Below, piece by piece: positions 42,893-56,128 of a stretch of DNA of 64,000 bases. How positions within the stretch are numbered: the first letter of the stretch is position 1; every line of letters begins with the position of its first letter. This DNA comes from Eledone cirrhosa (lineage: Eukaryota): positions 24,614,001-24,678,000 of the forward strand of contig OZ024756.1 of assembly GCA_964016885.1 (NCBI GenBank), read 5' to 3'. Below the pieces are notes generated by a model. It ran no database searches and was not told where the DNA came from. It saw only the letters and a program-made list of their open reading frames with translations. A program made the translations under genes and the position numbers.

Positions 42893-43001
42893 TTCTTCTT
42901 CATCTTCTTCTTCTTCTTCTTCTTCTTCTTCATCTTCTTCTTCTTCTACTTCCTCTTCTTCTTCTTCTTCTTCTTCTTCTTCTTCTTCCTCCTCTTCTTC
43001 T

Positions 43002-43033
<32 letters not shown>

Positions 43034-43097
43034 TTTTTCTTCTTCTTCTTCTTCTTCTTCTTCTTCTTCCTCTACTTCTTCTTCATCTCCTTCTTCT

Positions 43098-43129
<32 letters not shown>

Positions 43130-43148
43130 TTCTTCTTTTTCTTCTTCT

Positions 43149-43180
<32 letters not shown>

Positions 43181-43211
43181 TTTTTCTTTTTCTTCTTCTT
43201 CTTTTTCTTCT

Positions 43212-43275
<64 letters not shown>

Positions 43276-43340
43276 TTTCTTCTTCTTCTTCTTCCCCTTC
43301 TTCTTCTTCTTCTTCTTCTTCTTCTTCTTCTTCTTCTCAT
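41840..43340. repeat. ~1.5-kb (CTT)n/(CCT) polypyrimidine microsatellite
   Basis: Almost purine-free on the + strand. Confidence 0.98.
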
Positions 43341-43446
43341 CGCCCTCACAATCTTCTTTCTCTCTCTTTATACCTCCCACTCTCCCTCTCTATTATATAG
43401 ATGTATATATGCGCGGGGGACTGGGAAATACTCTGTTTTTATTATA

Positions 43447-43622
43447 ATTGGCAGAGTTACGGCCCTTTATGGTCTGAGTTCAAATCCCGCCGAGGTTAAC
43501 TTTGCCTTTCATCCTTATGGGGGGGGGTGATAAAATAAAGTACCAGTCACGCACTGGGTCGATTTAATCGACTTTCCCCTCCCCCAAAATTGCTGGCCTT
43601 GTGCCAAAAGTAGAAACAATTA
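43447..43622 (+). mobile_element. SINE family A nested in a Tigger-like MITE remnant (MITE end ~43625-43743)
   Basis: SINE body. The adjacent ...ctctaggaacgtaat...gaataccggaggtcaactg matches the reverse complement of 50087-50200. Confidence 0.7.
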
Positions 43623-43767
43623 TATTTTACTTTATATTTTGACGTTTATAGGCATTTTTATGAGCCACCTTCAATATTCGCGGTTTATCACTCTTCGCGG
43701 TTGCTCTAGGAACGTAATTTCCGCGAATACCGGAGGTCAACTGTGTATATATATATATAAAACGAAG

Positions 43768-43976
43768 GAAGTGTGGTAAGGAACCAGATGGACCATAACG
43801 CACCAGAGTACTCTATACTTAGGTTAGGAGTGGGTAATAGGAAAATGTTTGACCCCGGCGGCAGAGCCCAAGCCGTTTCGACGGCTATTTCTGGACTAAA
43901 TTAGAATTCTAATTTAGTCCAGAAATAGCCATCGAAACGGCTTGAGCTCTGCCGTCGGGGTCAAACATTTTCCTAT
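43768..43976. mobile_element. Penelope-like terminal-repeat remnant with a 140-bp fold-back palindrome (43837-43976)
   Basis: Palindrome centred on gaattc (43904-43909). Same family and one-sided flank as 44938, 47685 and 63334. Confidence 0.65.
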
Positions 43977-43991
43977 ATATATATATATATA

Positions 43992-44025
<34 letters not shown>

Positions 44026-44070
44026 GTGACGAAACATAAGTCATTTGCATGAACTCATAATCCTTTATTT

Positions 44071-44126
44071 ACTGCTATATATATTTCGATGATAACCATT
44101 GAATAGCTATGACCTCATCAGGCAGT
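44071..44126 (-). ncRNA. Minimal type I hammerhead ribozyme
   Basis: Minus strand: ACTGC CTGATGA GGT-C-ATAGCTAT TCA ATGGTTAT-C-ATC GAAA TATATA TA GCAGT. Confidence 0.8.
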
Positions 44127-44222
44127 TAGTCAGTTCTCAAATATGCCAGCTCTATGTTTTTGGTGTTGATGGTTTCAGAGCCTTGGGACATATGAGCTTG
44201 TTAGGGATAATTTAATGTTATG

Positions 44223-44307
<85 letters not shown>

Positions 44308-44308
<1 letters not shown>

Positions 44309-44870
44309 ATGAATGTAATCTGAGTTTTTTGAATATTAATAATAATATTCGATTCGTTTGCAATTATGCAAATAAGCCTCAATATTATAGCAATGTCAGT
44401 AGAATGAACCCTCCATTCTTGCTCTTGTGTTGGCATGCGAACAGAACTGCAGACACTAATGTTTCTGGGTATCACCCTTCATCAGTACAACTCACTGTTC
44501 ACCTGCCAAACTGTCAGAGCTAGTGAAAATATATGCCATTTATCGCTCGTATACAGGAAACTGACTGGCCAGTCTGCTGATATGCAAATCTGGCTGATCA
44601 GTGGATCTGCTAATATGCAGATCTGACTGATCAGCCAGTCTGCTAATATGCAAATCAGGCCGATCAGTGATTGTGTATTTTTGAAAATAGCATATATTTT
44701 CACTAGCTCTGATAGTTTTCCGTTCTGTTCGCATGTCAACACAAGCAAGAATGAAGGGTTCATTCTACTGACATAGCTATAAAATTGAGGCTTGTTTGCA
44801 TAATTGTAAACGAATCGAATGTTATTATTAATATTCGAAAAACTCAGATTACATTTATTGTATTCAGCCA
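44308..44870. mobile_element. Foldback/MITE-like element with ~140-bp imperfect TIRs, an inner inverted repeat and central ~30-bp tandem repeats
   Basis: aatgtaatctgagttttt...gcatgcgaacagaac pairs with gttctgttcgcatg...aaaaactcagattacatt. Inner repeat agagctagtgaaaatatatgc / gcatatattttcactagctct. Confidence 0.75.
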
Positions 44871-44886
44871 TGTAGAGCGAAAATTT

Positions 44887-44930
<44 letters not shown>

Positions 44931-45404
44931 AAATACTGGACCCCCGACGGCTGAGCTCCTTACAGCTAGATCCGAACTCAGCCGTCGGGGTCCTGAATTT
45001 GTTTCATATTACCCACTCTACTACTCCAAGTATTGTGTACTCTGGTGAGTTATGGCCATTTACGTTCTGAGTTCAAATCCCGCCGAGGTTAAATTTGCCT
45101 TTCATCCTTACGGGGTCGGTAAAATAAAGCACCAGTAATGCACTGGGCGATTTAATCGACTTTCCCCCTTCCACCAAAATTGCTGGCCTTGTACCTAAAG
45201 TAGAAACAATATTAAAAATACTCCCTAATCTAGATCCAGAAATCCACTTAAGATAGCCCACTTCTGCCACTCGCCCTTCCAGGGCACCTCTCCCTATATT
45301 AGCTCTAAACCTATCTAGTCTTCCATATACTTTACTAAATAATTTTTCTTCAAATTAACTTTCTATGTCTTGCTCTACTAAACCAGCTAAGTTTGTTCTA
45401 TATA

Positions 45405-45715
45405 CAGTGGAACCTCGGTTCACGAACGCCTCTCATCACGCACAACAAATCGGTTCACGAACAATTTTTTCCAAACATAAACCGTCTCTTTCACGGACGG
45501 TGTCTCGAGTAACGAACGCACGAACCGACAACAGCGATTGGCAACATGCTTGGGAGTATCGGCGGGAAAGCGTCACGTGGTGTGTAGTTAGCTACTATGG
45601 TTATATCTATCTGTCTTTCACAAACAGTCTCTCTCTCTCAACATTTCGGGTGATGAACATTTCAGGTGACGGACGGACTTCAGTAACGAATTAAGTTCGT
45701 GAGCCGAGGTTCCGT
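45405..45715. mobile_element. Tc1/mariner (Tigger-like) MITE
   Basis: TA|CAGTGGAACCTCGGTTCACGAAC ... GTTCGTGAGCCGAGGTTCC. Confidence 0.75.
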
Positions 45716-45994
45716 TTCATATGTTGGTTTACACAACACAACCTAAAACAAAAAAGGTTTCTTCTATTTACATTCTTTCTCTATATATAGCTAAACCCTT
45801 ATTATTACCACTTCCTTCAGAGCTCTTCTATAAAGGAGTAGAGAATGAAAATAACCATTCAAAAATGGTCGGTCTAATAGATTAATAACAATGAAACACG
45901 TGTCTCTAGTAAGTCGGATATGTTAAGGTATTAAATATCTGTACTCCGGATTCAGTGCTCTACCAGCATTGGATATTTATTATGAAAGTATTTA

Positions 45995-46135
45995 CCGTAT
46001 TCCCTGACGCCGAAGATGCTTCGTCCTCGAGGACGCACCCTAATTTTGACAACCAAAAAAATAATAACGACGCATGGTAGATTTTTGAGACTTATTTTAG
46101 GAAAAAAGTAGCGTCTTCGACGCCGGGAAATACGG
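45995..46135. mobile_element. pogo/mariner-type MITE with TA target duplication
   Basis: TA|CCGTATTCCCTGACGCCGAAGATGCT ... AGCGTCTTCGACGCCGGGAAATACGG|TA. Confidence 0.8.
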
Positions 46136-46144
46136 TATGTATGT

Positions 46145-46352
46145 ATGTTTTTCTTTTTCTCTTAATTTCGAGTACATTTTTGACAGGCCACCTTCCTGGT
46201 GGCAAGGTTGTAAAAGAAAAGAAATTGAATCGCAAGAATGTTTTGCAAATTTTGAAGGTGCCAGCTATCGCGGCCATTTGTAGATTATGAATTAGGGAGC
46301 TGCGTTCTTTGTCCACAAATCCAAGTTCAGTTATACTTTGGACCAAGCGGGT
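46145..46352 (-). mobile_element. 3' end of an RLE-type non-LTR retrotransposon (R4/Dong-like) within (CATA)n
   Basis: Translation [34 protein letters not shown] resembles RLE LINE C-termini. Both flanks are tatg repeats. Confidence 0.5.
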
Positions 46353-46407
46353 TATGTATGTATGTATATATGCATGTATGCATGTATGTATGTATATATA
46401 TGTGTGT

Positions 46408-46448
<41 letters not shown>

Positions 46449-46511
46449 AATGAATATATATCTGTATGTATATATAGGTATGTATGTATATATGTATGTA
46501 TGCATATATGG

Positions 46512-46560
<49 letters not shown>

Positions 46561-46659
46561 TATATGTATATATATATGTATATATGTGTGTGTGTATGTA
46601 TATATGTACTTTTGTATGTATATACACTTATTAAAAATCCATACACATACACACATTAT

Positions 46660-46845
46660 AATAACTGTTCCTACTTTTGGCACAAGGCCAGCAATTACCC
46701 AGTGCATTACTGGTACTTTATTTTATCGACCCCGTAAGGATGAAAGGCAAAGTCAACCTCGGCGGGATTTGAACTCAGATCATAAAGGGACGCAACTATG
46801 CTGGAAAGCATGGCGTCAAACCCTCTACCGATACTGCCAATCCAC
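46660..46845 (-). mobile_element. SINE family A, near full length
   Basis: Standard body and tRNA head. Confidence 0.85.
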
Positions 46846-46863
46846 AAGGATAATGAAATAAAG

Positions 46864-46922
<59 letters not shown>

Positions 46923-47099
46923 ACACACACATATACATATACATACAACACATACACTAGTAAACCCTAACCCTAACTTTTTTTACTGGACCCCCATCTG
47001 ATCTTGTAACCCAATGTGGCTACTTCATACCCTACCCCCATCCCCAGCCTGTCTCACCCCACCGCACCCCACCTTGCTCACACTGTCATGGAAGATAAT

Positions 47100-47262
47100 T
47101 GTTTCTACTATTGGCACAAGGCCAGCAATTACCCAGTGCATTACTGGTACTTTATTTTATCGACCCCGTAAGGATGAAAGGCAAAGGCAACCTCGGCGGG
47201 ATTTGAACTCAGAATGGTAAGGGCCGTAACTCTATGCGTCAAAGCATGGCGTCCGACTCTCT
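47100..47262 (-). mobile_element. SINE family A with 18-bp target-site duplication
   Basis: actgtcatggaagataat at 47082-47099 and 47263-47280. Confidence 0.92.
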
Positions 47263-47456
47263 ACTGTCATGGAAGATAATGTCATTGCTCTGACATTCGG
47301 CCAACAGTAATGGTGAACTGCTGCTGCTGTTGTTGCTGTTGTTTAGCCACTGGTCATTGCTGAACAAGTACCACCTACCCTCTATTTGAAAGCGTTTTTG
47401 CCACGACAACACCATCTATTTTTTCCATAACGACCTGAGTAGATGACCAAACACAT

Positions 47457-47875
<419 letters not shown>

Positions 47876-47876
47876 G

Positions 47877-47954
<78 letters not shown>

Positions 47955-48023
47955 ATGTATATATATATATATATATATATATACGATATTAATAAATGGA
48001 AACTATATTTATAAAACCATATT

Positions 48024-48088
48024 TATTTCATTATACATATTTCAGGGATACCAAATTAAATTATGGTATGCCTTCATCAGACAAAATA
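48024..48088 (-). ncRNA. Minimal type I hammerhead ribozyme
   Basis: Minus strand: TATTTTGT CTGATGA AGG-C-ATACCA(loop)TGGTAT-C-CCT GAAA TATGTA TA ATGAAATA. Confidence 0.8.
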
Positions 48089-48754
48089 CAATATATATAA
48101 ACAGTTTTACAAATAAGCTTTGACGTACCCTTTTAAAGTGCGGCCATTATTTTTGGAAGCCATCTGGATAGTGAATTGTTTATATTATTTTAATAAGTCA
48201 TAGTGTTAAGGACAATTAGAAAAAGACGGAGAGAAAGAAAAAAGACGGAGAGAGAGAAAAAAGAAAAAGAAAAAACGTGGAGAAATATCGGAGAGAGAGA
48301 AATGCATGGAGAAAAAAGGAAGAGATAAATAAAGACAGGAGGAAAGAAAGAAAAAAGAAAAAAAGGAAGGAACAAGAAAAACAGAGGAAAGCAACAGAGA
48401 GATATCAAATCAACAGACTGATAGAAAAACTCAAGAGAGAGAAATAATATATAGAGAGAGAGGGAGATAATGAAAACTTTACGTCATGTCATATTAAGTT
48501 GAGTTAACAATTTATATGAAATGAATAATAAAAATATAAATATTAATATTCATGAATGGGACATAAATATATAATATGAGAAATTAAACATTGTTTAATA
48601 ATGATTATATGTTTAGTTTAAAAATTGAGATCAATATACTAAAATTTGAGTTTAAGCATCCAAAATGTACACATTGCCAAATACTTGTCGAGTGCTTTAT
48701 ATCAGTTATAAAAATATTTACTTGTTGTATCCCAACAATTTTAAATAGAACTTT

Positions 48755-48828
<74 letters not shown>

Positions 48829-48905
48829 TTATCCCGGGTTCAATCGTGGGTAACCACAGTAAGTAAGGTACTCAATACATATCAGAGTATAAATATTTAA
48901 TATTG

Positions 48906-49155
<250 letters not shown>

Positions 49156-49396
49156 GGTGTGGGATGCTTAAAGCGTCCATCAGCGGTAGGCCGTTTGAGC
49201 ACTCGATGCTCTTACAGAGCAGAGTATAATATCACATAAGAAACGAAGAATCAGTGGTGCGACGAATAAGATTTATTAGACATATTACAATCGTTTCTCT
49301 GGCGACCAGCTCGAGGCACGATCGATGAAGTGATCAAACCTGACTCTGAAATCGCAAGAACCTCGGATATATCTGGATTCTACGAAGCAGAGTTTC

Positions 49397-49474
<78 letters not shown>

Positions 49475-49528
49475 CGTTTCTGAATTTGTTTAGCAAGATT
49501 CTTTATCTGAAATCGTGTGTTGAAACCG

Positions 49529-50025
49529 ATATTGTTATACTTTGGGAGGGTCATGTTGCCAATAAGAAATACACGCACCAGTTGCTTTCACTTCAATTTA
49601 TTATAATAAATTTATAAATTTATAAATTTCTGGTTGGTTGGTTGGTTCCATAACCAGATAGTTGTTTATATATAGTCATAGTTCTTTCGTCACACACTCT
49701 GTGACCTCTTCAGTGACTGGGGATTCCTTTCTTTGTTTCTGTGCCTCTCCTTTGTTCTGTCCTACGCCATTTTGTTTCAGAAACAAAATGGCGTAGGACA
49801 GAACAAAGGAGAGGCACAGGAACAAAGAAAGGAATCCCCAGTCACTGAAGAGGTCACAGAGTGTGTGACAAAAGAACTATGACTATATATAAACAACTAT
49901 CTAGTTGTGGAACCAACCAACCAACCAACCAGAAATTTATAAATTTATAAATTTATTATAATAAATTCAAGTGAAAGCAACTGGTGCGTGTGTTTCTTAT
50001 TGGCAACATGACCCTCCCAAAGTAT

Positions 50026-50033
<8 letters not shown>
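49529..50033. repeat. ~505-bp near-perfect palindrome (1-nt loop at 49779) containing a hammerhead motif in each arm
   Basis: The arms mirror each other with a handful of mismatches. A single-arm homologue lies at ~63495-63720. Confidence 0.95.
49674..49718 (-). ncRNA. Minimal hammerhead-like motif (mirror copy at 49840-49884 has GAAA>AAAA)
   Basis: AGTCA CTGAAGA G GTCACA GAGTG TGTGAC GAAA GAAC TA TGACT; one extra G after the core. Confidence 0.6.
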
Positions 50034-50086
<53 letters not shown>

Positions 50087-50584
50087 CAGTTGTCCCCTTG
50101 TATTCGAGGGGGTTACGTTCCTAGAGCACCCGCGAAGGGTGAAAAACCGCGAATATTGGACGTGGTCCATAAAAATGCCTATAAACGTCAAAACATAGCG
50201 TAAAATATAGGCCGGCAAATGCGGTATATTGTTATTAATAATTTAGCGTTAAAAAGCGTGAAAAAATATATATTGGTTTCTTATATAGGCACAAGACCAG
50301 AAATTTTGGGATGGGGAAAGTCGATTAAATCGACCCCAGTGCCTGACTGGTACTTTATTTTATCAAGGATGAAAGGCAAAGTTACCTCGGCGGGATTTGA
50401 ACTCAGAAAGTAAAGGGCCGTAACTCTATGTTGTGAAAAAATATTTATTGCCACAAAAAAACCCATTAAAAAATCGCGGAAGATATTTTCGATTCCGCGA
50501 ATATGCGGTGGTTTCCACGAACAATTATTAGTTAAGTTCTAAGGAAAATCCTGCGAATAACTGGGACCGCGAATGCTGGGAGTT

Positions 50585-50588
<4 letters not shown>
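50087..50588. mobile_element. Tigger-like MITE with a SINE A inserted at ~50270-50430
   Basis: TA|CAGTTGTCCCCTTGTATTCGAGGGGGTTACGTTCC start, repeated ccgcgaata motifs, degenerate right end. Confidence 0.6.
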
Positions 50589-50635
<47 letters not shown>

Positions 50636-51347
50636 GGGGTAACAAATAATAGTTAAATGCAGTCCACTTAGGTAAAGTCCAGTTATGGTATTCCAGGTAG
50701 TGGATGATATTAACGCTTGGCTTGGTTTGACTCAACAAGGCGTTTTCATAGTAATGCTGCGGGTATGCCGTAATTCCTATGTTGTAAACACTTGGAGTAA
50801 TAATAAATCAGGAAAGAAAGTTAACATGGTTTGCTATACAAAAAAAGTTTTTAATCTCAAAGCTGACATTTGTTTCACTGAACTGGTAGGTTTAGAGATC
50901 GCTATTCGCTTATTTTCGCGTTACTCGATCGCCAATACAAAATTATAACCAGTCAGATCTTCGGAGCATGCGAGAATGAAAAAAATACACGGGCAAGAAA
51001 AGAATATACAGGCTACTATATGAAGTAGTAATGTCATTCAATTAGAACAATAACAACAATTACAACAGTGCTATTAATAAATTATTTAAGGAGACCCTGA
51101 CATTACTTAGGTGGAGGGTATATAATGTATCTAACGTTACAGCGTGTAAAACTAGCTGTCATGAGGCAAAAGTAAGCGTTTGGCATGTACAGAGTATCGA
51201 AGTGTATATCAATTTTAAATTATAAAGATAAGCTAGTGTTTACAGTCTTTCTCTTCATCTTCAATAGTATACATGAGTGGGACAACACTGTCAAAGCTAA
51301 ATAGTTGTTGAGTTAATACAGAGGTTAACGAAATAATATACGCATAT

Positions 51348-51442
<95 letters not shown>

Positions 51443-51588
51443 CACATGCATGTGTACATAGACACATACATACACATCAATATACACTCGTACAAAAATA
51501 TACATACATGCAAAGAGATAAGCGTGCTAATTGATATATATATATATGTAAGAATATTTTCGAAACAGCGAGTGGGTTTGAAATTATG

Positions 51589-51798
51589 AGAAATGTAAGC
51601 TATCGCGGTATTTTGACTAAAGAAATTAAAGAAATTATTTAGCCTGATAGTGGGGTTAAGAACCCTCGGAGAAATGGAAAAAGATGAGTATTGACGTACT
51701 CATCTTTTTCCATTTCTCCGAGGGTTCTTATCCCCACTATCAGGCTAAATAATTTCTTTAATTTCTTTAGTCAAAATACCGCGATAGCTTACATTTCT
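51589..51798. repeat. 210-bp near-perfect palindrome (6-nt loop)
   Basis: agaaatgtaagctatcgcgg...aaagatgagta-ttgacg-tactcatcttt...ccgcgatagcttacatttct. Confidence 0.95.
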
Positions 51799-51947
51799 AA
51801 TAATATATATATATAAGTCCGCCATGGTCATACAGAGAAAGGGATGGGTTCTGTCACGTTTGAAAATTGTCAAAAAACACGCCGTTTGTCACGACAACGC
51901 TGAACGACTCCAGCAAGTGTTTTCTTCTATATGTATATATATATCAG

Positions 51948-52099
<152 letters not shown>

Positions 52100-52467
52100 C
52101 CAGTGATAAGCGAGATTGGTCGATAAGGTACATCTGACGTGATTCGTAACTGGATCTGATCTGTTTACGGTAGAAATAGCTCTCTACTGGAGAGTTATGC
52201 TTGAAGGACAATACCCTAACAACCCGCTCCAGATCCACCCCTCTCAACTGTCCTTATCAATCCCCTCCTAAAAACAACCCCAACCAATCCTACCTTTACT
52301 CACGAGGCTCAACCACCACCACCACCACCACCACCACCACCACCACCACCATCAGCACCACGACCACCATCACCAACACCACCACAACCATCATACCACA
52401 ACCATCAATACAACCGCCACCACCACCACCACCACCACCACCATCAGCAGCACCACCACCACCACCA

Positions 52468-52499
<32 letters not shown>

Positions 52500-52856
52500 T
52501 GTCCAATTTATCACGAGTGACTTAATAATCAAAGAATTGTTTATGTCGGAGATTGTGAGGATGATAGAAAAAAAAATGAAAGTGTAGAGACAAAGGAAGA
52601 GAGAGAGAGGGGGGGGCTGGAGAGTGACAGCGAGAGAGTGACAGAGAGGGGAAGAAAGAAAAAGAAAATTGATGGAGAGAGAAAGAGTGTGAGAAAAGTG
52701 ATGGGGAGAAGAAAAAGTGGGAGAGAGAGAGAAAGAGTGAGAGAGAGAGTGGTGGAAAGAGATAGAGGGACAATGAGAGAGATAAATAGAGTGCTATACA
52801 TATGCCTGCATCTCTCTCTCTCTCTCTCTCTCTCTAGTGATAATTATATCTACATC

Positions 52857-52893
<37 letters not shown>

Positions 52894-52922
52894 GGGGGAC
52901 ACATACATACATATACATACAT

Positions 52923-52974
<52 letters not shown>

Positions 52975-53256
52975 GACAGTGACTGCCTGATCCCAGCTAC
53001 AGTGAGAATTTAGTGAGCGAGACATTCGATCAGCTAAAAATCACCGGACAGGTGTAACTCCACACAGGTGTATCATCAGATAGTGATGCTGAGAGACAAG
53101 ACAACACAACACTACATAACATCGCTTATCCTCACTTTAAACACATAACATTACAAGTGGAAGATCTTTTTCATCTCATCATAATCTCTTTATATTTCTC
53201 TCTTGTCGTCTTGATGTTGCTATATCGAATGTAGGGAGGCACACACAAAGAGACGG

Positions 53257-53942
53257 AAAGTGAGAAAAAGGAAAAAAGAGGAGCCCCCTTTCCCTACGAC
53301 ACCTTGCAAAGGCCCCTCGACCCCAGGATCGCACACAGTGTCTCCGGGATCACACGAGGGGTTCCAGGATTAGAGTAGGTCTCCAGTACCCACGACCCAC
53401 GATCCAAGGATTAGGACCAAAGTGAGAAAAAGGAAAAAAGAGGAGCCCCCTTTCCCTACGACACCTTGCAAAGGCCCCTCGACCCCAGGATCGCACACAG
53501 TGTCTCCGGGGACCACACGAGGGGTTCCAGGATCAGAGTAGGTCTCCAGTACCCACGACCCACGATCCAAGGATTAGGACCAAAGTGAGAAAAAGGAAAA
53601 AAGAGGAGCCCCCTTTCCCTACGACACCTTGCAAAGGCCCCTCGACCCCAGGATCGCACACAGTGTCTCCGGGGACCACACGAGGGGTTCCAGGATCAGA
53701 GTAGGTCTCCAGTACCCACGACCCACGATCCAAGGATTAGGACCAAAGTGAGAAAAAGGAAAAAAGAGGAGCCCCCTTTCCCTACGACACCTTGCAAAGG
53801 CCCCTCGACCCCAGGATCGCACACAGTGTCTCCGGGGACCACACGAGGGGTTCCAGGATCAGAGTAGGTCTCCAGTACCCACGACCCACGATCCAAGGAT
53901 TTAGGGCCAAAGGACTACAAGACTGAAAAAAAAAAAAAAAAA
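53257..53942. repeat. GC-rich 163-bp tandem repeat, ~4 near-identical copies, followed by an A-tract
   Basis: ORFs recur at 53370/53533/53696 (163-bp period). A17 at ~53926-53942. Confidence 0.95.
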
Positions 53943-55654
53943 TCCAGGAAATCAGCAACAACAACAACAACACCAAAGAGGGTTACATAAAACGGAAAGC
54001 CCCCAAAAGAAGTTCAGGAGCGAAACCGTTGAAGGTTTATGATGAGGGGCCACCCTTTTCCTCTTCACGTCCCACCTCCTCATTCTTCTCGTCGTCAACC
54101 CCTTATGGATGTCTTGCTAATCCTATGTATTATAGGGTCCACCTATTTTGGTCAGGTTTACAGCGCAGGTAAGTTATATTGAAATTATTTATCCCCCGAC
54201 CCACCCCCACCGCAAACACATGCACACAGCCCCATCATTATCATCATCACCACCAGTATCATTATCATTCATGATCATCTTCATCACTACCGCCACCACC
54301 ATCACCACCACCACTATTTAACATCATCATCATCATCATCATCAGCATCATTATCACATTGTCATCTTCATCACTACCGCCACCACCAATCACTAACATT
54401 ACCTCCATCACCGCCATCACCACCACCACCACCACCACTATTAACATCATCAACAGCAGCAGCAACACCACCACCACCACCACCACCACCACCACCACCA
54501 CCACCACCACCATCGTCCCCCTCGTCACCATCATCACCACTACCACTACCGTCACCATCACCATCATACACGCACACATATACATACATACACACATATA
54601 CACTTACACATATACACATAACACGGATACATACACACATATACGCACACATACATACACACACATACACGTATACACACATACACACATACATACACAT
54701 ATACACACATATACACATACATACACATACACACACATACACATATACACACATACACACAACCCCACTGGCATTTCTATTTGCTAAATTTTTTTCAATT
54801 ATTTCCAACTATTTTTTATTATCTATTTTTAAAATTATCTTTGTTCGTTTTTGATTTGTTTTGTTTTTGTTTGTCATCATCATCATCATGTTGATCATCA
54901 TCATCATCATCATCATCATCATAACCATCATCATCATCATTTTCATCCTCACCATCCTCCTCCTCATCATCATCATTATCCCCAGCATTACCACCACAAC
55001 AGCTCCTTTTTTTTCAATCAGGAAGCACATGGTATCAGCAATGAAGAGATTGTTTCTTTGGTTCTGCTCCTTTCTTTTCAGTTCCTTTCTTTTCAGCTCC
55101 TTTCTTTTCAGCTCCTTTCTTTCATCTGTCAGGGTTACGCGCGCACTAGACTATATCAGCAATGTAAAGACCAATGGAAACATTGTTTCCTTGGTCTGAT
55201 CTAACGGTCAGCTGCTTTCTTTTCTTCTGCCAAGAGTTTCAACCAACAAACTATATCAACAATGGAAAGAGCAATGAAAACATTATTTCCTTGGTCTGAT
55301 CCGACGATCGACTCTTCTTTCTTGTTATGTTATTTGTGTTTACTGTTTAGTCATAGGAATGAGGGAAATCAATTGCTGGGACATTTTCCAATGCCTCCGA
55401 AACCTGGAGATAAGGAGAGGAAAGGTACACTCCAACCAGAGATCTGGCTTGAATCCTAGCAACAAAGTAAAATTTGCTAAAGTATCTGCCAAGTATTGGT
55501 GTCGATTTAATCGGCTTTTACCTCCCATAAATTTCTGACCTTATGTCTGTTAGAAACCATTAAGCACCAGTCAAGTACTGGGGTTAATTTGATTGATTTT
55601 TCTTCCCTTAAATTGCTGGTGAAAATTAGAAATCATTATCATTTATTCTGTGTA

Positions 55655-55771
55655 CGGTCTGAGTTCAAATCCCGCCAAGGTTAACTTTGCCTTTCATCCT
55701 TACGGGGTCGATAAAATAAAGTACCAGTAATGCACTGGGTAATTGCTGGCCTTGTGCCAAAAGTAGAAACA
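55655..55771 (+). mobile_element. 5'-truncated SINE A with 20-bp TSD
   Basis: attatcatttattctgtgta at 55635-55654 and 55772-55791. Confidence 0.9.
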
Positions 55772-55798
55772 ATTATCATTTATTCTGTGTATTTAATT

Positions 55799-56128
55799 GT
55801 GAAGAAGCCTGGCTTTGTGGTTAAGGAATTCGACTCACGATAGTAATGTCGTAAGTTCGATTTCCGGCGCTGCCTTGTGTCCTTGAGCAAGACACTTTAT
55901 TTCACGTTGCTCCAGTTCACTCAGCTGGCAAAAAAGAGTTGTACCTGTAATTCGAAGGGTCAGCCTTGTCACATTCTGTGTCACACCGAATCTTCCTGAG
56001 AACTACGTTAAAGGTACGCGTGTTTGTGGAACGCTCAGTCACCACTTGCACGTTAATTTCACGAGCAGGCTGTTCCTATGATCGGATCAACTGGAACACT
56101 CGTCGTCGTAACCGACCGAGTGCCTTCC
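55799..56128 (+). mobile_element. tRNA-derived SINE family B, near full length
   Basis: tRNA-like head with B-box GTTCGATTTC; gtgtccttgagcaagacactt central motif. Confidence 0.8.

Noticed and set aside
41788-43447. Long poly-K/E/F ORFs of 381 and 550 aa
   Set aside because: Translations of the (CTT)n microsatellite.
46963-46977. CCCTAA telomere-like repeats
   Set aside because: Only two copies; consistent with chance.
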